DNA of 63,722 nucleotides, filler included, from Reclinomonas americana ATCC 50394 (Eukaryota): NCBI GenBank assembly GCA_048213135.1. It is 17 parts of 17 records of this genome, joined end to end, with 100 filler letters (N's around TTAATTAATTAA, not from the genome) between each part and the next. Parts side by side here need not be neighbours in the genome. Positions count along the whole stretch, not along the records: positions 58,547 to 60,838 come from AFZH01023497.1; positions 60,939 to 62,271 come from AFZH01023498.1; positions 62,372 to 63,722 come from AFZH01023499.1; 14 more parts are not named here. One strand, 5' to 3'. Shown piece by piece: positions 59,388 to 63,722 of this stretch (position 1 is its first letter; each line of letters starts with the position of its first letter). The notes under the pieces were generated by a model. It saw only the letters and a program-made list of their open reading frames with translations, ran no database searches and was not told where the DNA came from. The position numbers and the translations under genes were made by a program.

Positions 59388-62300
59388 CTACTCCTCCACC
59401 TCCCCCTCCTTCTCTCTCTTCTTCTCTTCCCCCCGCCTCCGCTTGCCCACCCTCGCTTCATCTCCCTCCCCCGCCGCCACCGTCTTCTCCCCCCGCAGCC
59501 TCCGCGTCACCACGAACACACGCCGCCACATCGCCTCCTCCTCGCCCTCCTCCACCGACGACTGGACACGCGCAGCCACTCCACCTGCATCACGCAAGTC
59601 AGCCGTCTAATCCCAACAACAACAACAATCACAAAGCATTAGTTTTGTCGAACCTCGGCAACACTGGCAGTCCACCAGCCAGCGCACACCAAATAGAACC
59701 AACTTTCGCAGCGAACCAGCTGCGCAGAAAACCACAAAGCGTGAGGAGCGAGCGGTGACAAAAGGCGACATCAACAACACAAACCTGACAACTCCATCCC
59801 GCCGCCACTCAACGCCGACGCCAGCGCGTTCAACACGAGCGGTCCGCCGCTACACTGTTCCATCCCGCCCGCCGAGCCAACAACTCGCTGCTGCATCCCC
59901 GCACGGCGCACGCGCACAAGCGAGTCGCAGAGTTGCGCCGACTCCACCGGCTGCAGAGCGCGCGGCACGACAAGCAAGGCCGCCACCAGCCGACGAGCAC
60001 AGTCGCCACTCACGTCATCGCTGGTCTCCCCGACCGTGCACACTGCCACATGCAGCAGCTCCATCACCAGCGGACACGCCACAGCCGCGGCCTGACGCAT
60101 CCGCAGGAGGCCAGTTGCGAGCGACATGGCGACCGCGGAGGGCATCAGCCCGGCCAGTCCACGCATGCGGTACGAGCACAGGACGCCGGCGATTGTGAGA
60201 AGGCGGTGAGTGCGGTCCACAAGCCGCCAGCCGGAAGCGGCCGAAGTCTCCGTGCTGCTCTGGCAGTAAATACCTGCGAGGAAGACAAGTGAGGAGAACG
60301 GCTTATCAACGGTGGTCAGGAATCAATGGTGAACGCAACGAGCAATTGATTCAGCCACCGACCACACTGCGTGACGCAGTTGCACGGTAATGACGCCCGT
60401 TCTGAACGGCGCCAGCGGGATGTCCTTGGTCACACACTCGAGCCACAAAAGAACCGCATCCAGCGCCTCCTCCTGGAACTCGGTTCGCACGGCGAGGAGA
60501 GGTGGCGAGACGACACTCGGGATCCAAGCTGATGCACACGAAATGAGGAAGAGGGTGGTAGGAGATTCATTTTTAACGAGACGCACCTAGAAGCCCGTGA
60601 TGAGCTACAAGATCGGCGGCTGCGGAGGGAATGCGACAGAGACCAGTGAAAATCTGCGCAGAGGGTCAATTAGTGTGAAAATAGGCAAGGTGGGGATGGA
60701 GGGAGAGCAGAGTGGGAAGGGAAGAGAGGGAGAAGAGCGAGAGAGTGAGAGAGAGGAGAGGGGAGCAGAGCGAGAGGGGAGCAGAGCGAGAGGGGAGCAG
60801 AGCGAGAGGGGAGCAGAGCGAGAGGGAGCAGAGCGAGANNNNNNNNNNNNNNNNNNNNNNNNNNNNNNNNNNNNNNNNNNNNTTAATTAATTAANNNNNN
60901 NNNNNNNNNNNNNNNNNNNNNNNNNNNNNNNNNNNNNNGAGGAGCAGAACGAGGCAGGAGCAGCGCGAGGGAGGAGCAGCGCGAGGGAGGAGCAGCGCGA
61001 GGGAGGAGCAGCGCGAGGGAGGAGCCGCGCGAGGCAGGAGCAGCGCGAGGGAGAAGCAGCGCGAGGCAGGAGCAGCGCGAGGCAGGAGCAGCGCGAGGCA
61101 GGAGCAGCGCGAGGCAGGAGCAGCGCGAGGCAGTAGCAGCGCGAGGCAGGATCAGCGCGAGGGAAAAGCAGCGCGAGGGAGAACATCGAGAGAAGGGGCA
61201 CAGCGAGAGGGAGGAGCAGCGAGAGGGGGATCAGCGAGAAAAGAGACAGTTCGAGAGGGGAGCAGAGCGAGGGAGGGAGCAGAGCGAGGGAGGGAGCAGA
61301 GCGAGGGAGGGACAGAGCGAGGGAGCAGCGAGAACGAATACAGCAGGAACGAAAGTGAATTAAATCAACAGAAGCACGTAGTGACAAACGCAAGATGGCA
61401 CACAGAAACAGAAACACAGGAGAAGCAGAGATACAGAGAACACAGAATCAGCAATGCAGAGACTTAATCATGAAGATAGAAGAGGATTGAGAGGCCGTGG
61501 TTGTGAGAGCTATATCCAGCGCACACCCGCACCTGCAAGATCGCGCGGCACTCCGCCTCCTCCACAGACGAGTGCGAGTACAAGGTCATGAGCTGATGGA
61601 GGGCGTGACGACGTCGGAGCATGAGATAGTCCTGGAGCCACTGCAAGTGAGTTAAAGCTCATATAAAAAGGCGTGAGGACTCACGCAACAGCAGAGTGCA
61701 GGGAGCCGCCGGCCAGTAGCGACAGCACAAACTGACGATCGCGTTTCCAGCTCAGATTCGTCGAGTGGAAAAGGTCTTGGAAAACAGGAAGAATAGTGTC
61801 GTCCAGGCACACGTCGCGAATGATGAATCGGGAAACGGCAGTAAACTGCGAGTGCGATGGCTGGAGAAGTACAGGGACCTGCGCCAACACGTGAAATGAA
61901 GTGAGAACTCAAAAGTGAGTGAGGTGAACAGCGTGGAGTAAGTGTCCTTTGATTTACGCCAAGACACGGGATGGACTTACCGCACAGGCAAGGAACGCGG
62001 CAAGTGTTCCGGGAAGGATTGCGCACGGCTCCGACACCGTGTTGCGCAAGCACTCAAGAACAGCGAGCAGCGGCGTCCGACTGCGCAGAGTGGAGTCCAG
62101 CACTCGCTGGTGCGTGAGTGCAATCACGTCGTAGGCCTGCAAAATAACCATCAGCACAAAGGTCACACGCCTCTGTTACCATGCACCTTCCCAACCCACA
62201 TCTCACTCTCTACCATCGTCAGCTGCATCTTCGGAGGCCTTATCCCTTCCTGGTGTTGAACTCCTGATCCCNNNNNNNNNNNNNNNNNNNNNNNNNNNNN

Positions 62301-62402
62301 NNNNNNNNNNNNNNNTTAATTAATTAANNNNNNNNNNNNNNNNNNNNNNNNNNNNNNNNNNNNNNNNNNNNGTCTCTCTCTCTCTCGGTCGTCGTCTCTC
62401 TC

Positions 62403-62462
<60 letters not shown>

Positions 62463-63150
62463 CCTCCTTTCTATCTCTCTCCTCCCTCTACCCTTTACCC
62501 TTTCTTCTTTCCCTCTTCCCCTCTTCCCCTTTCACTTCTTCCCCTCTTCCCTCGCACAAATACCTCGAGCCGCCGGACCCCACGAATACGACGCATTCTG
62601 CACCATGTTGACGTGCTGTGCATCAAACAGCTGGATCATGGAGAAGATGCACAGGTCCTCATCGCCGAGAGATGCGCGGTACCCGGCACACAATTGTCGA
62701 TGGAGGCCGCCAAATCTACAGCAGCGTCAGGAAATCTCGTGGAAACCAATGTGCAGACACAACAGACTCACCGACTTCGATCGTCGACTTGGAGGAGCAG
62801 TGCATGGAGGCCACGAAGCACGGCAAGCCGCGGTGACAGTGACGGTGGAGTGTACCCACGATGGCTGACAAGAGACAAGAGTAAGAAGCAGAGCATGCAG
62901 CACGCATCGTGCACGCAGGACACACGACTCACCGATGATGCAGCGGCAGCACACGGCTCAACACACGACCAGACCAAGATGCACACTCAGAGAGAGCAAG
63001 CGGTGAGAACTCTCTCGCCGTGTCCTCCGTGCTGGCCATCGTAGCAGTGCTGAGCAACGAGCGCATCGCGTCCGACGACTCGCGAATGACTGCGTTCAGG
63101 ACGCTCGAGGCCTGCTTGGGTGACAGGGAGGCCTGTGAAGACGATTGTGA
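59388..63150 (-). CDS. URB1: URB1/Npa1 nucleolar pre-ribosomal-associated protein, 3' part; crosses linkers 62272 and 60839
   Basis: LCAGYRASLGDEDLCIF..WGPAA; LAAFLACA|VPVLLQPSHSQFTAVSRFI..LPVFQDLFHS..DRQFVLSLL; DYLMLRRRHALHQLMTLYS; LVAHHGLL|AWI. These follow the order of the NopRA1 region. Confidence 0.8.
60755..61330 (+). repeat. 16-bp minisatellite (GGAGCAGCGCGAGGSA / GGAGCAGAGCGAGAGG) inside a URB1 intron
   Basis: Tandem units are visible on both sides of the gap. Confidence 0.85.
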
Positions 63151-63722
63151 GTAAAGGGAATGGGGAAACAATACAGATAATCTCTCTCATTCTTGTCTGC
63201 TAACTCTATTTTGCTTGGTTTTCTATTTCACTTCTCATGGCACGTCCTCTCTCATCTTGCCCATCCCTTGTCTCTCTACTCTTGCCGTTCTTCAGTTTAC
63301 TCCTCTCTTGGTCTTCTTTTCTCTCCTGTTCTCTTTTCTTCTCCCTCTTCTCTTTGCCACCCTCTCCTTTTTCTTTTTCTTGTCGCCTCTTCTCTTCTCT
63401 GGTCTTCTCTGCTCTTCCCTCTCTTTTTTCTTTCTCTCCAATTCATCATTCCTCTTCTCATCTCTCTCGTCCCCACCTTCTCTTTCTTTTTTCTTCTACT
63501 CCCATTGCCTTCTCTTCTATCCTTCTCTACTTTTCTTTCCTTCTCTTCTCTTCTCCTCTCTTCTCTTCACTCCACTTCTCTCCTCTCCTCTCCTCTCCTC
63601 TCATCTCTTCTCTGCTCCCTTCTTCTCTTCTCGTCTCTTATGCTCTTCTCATCTTTACTCTTCTTTTTTATTCTCTTCTCTTCTCCTCTCCTCTCCTCTC
63701 CTCCCCTCTCCCTCTCCCTCTC

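Noticed and set aside
1..63722. Alternative genetic code, rRNA/tRNA genes, transposase or RT genes
   Set aside because: TAA, TAG and TGA all end conserved genes and internal stops fall in introns. No structural RNA or mobile-element enzyme motifs were recognised by eye.

Overview
GC-rich, intron-dense eukaryotic (protist-like) scaffold of 17 segments joined by 16 artificial 100-nt N44-TTAATTAATTAA-N44 linkers. Some linkers are simple gaps: URB1 and a lectin gene run straight across them. The standard code is used. The compact housekeeping parts (1-33.3 kb and 58.5-63.7 kb) hold the RPN2 3' end, ERMARD, a SAM methyltransferase, HMG-CoA reductase, cytochrome b561, GCN5, an IRAK/Pelle-like pseudokinase, a divergent homeobox gene, a secreted SUEL-lectin, a glycosyltransferase-like gene, LIS1 and URB1. 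A repeat-rich accessory block (33.3-58.4 kb) carries a candidate innate-immune system. It has a spliced caspase-like protease-NACHT-pentapeptide-WD40 receptor plus tandem cassettes of stand-alone WD40 genes built from the same hypervariable repeat, each with a conserved C-terminal tail. Three sequence-level oddities also stand out: a recurrent X-X'-X micro inverted-triplication mutation signature, a frequent GTTGCG 5' splice-site class, and two consecutive 4-nt microexons. All family assignments come from motif recognition by eye; no searches were run.
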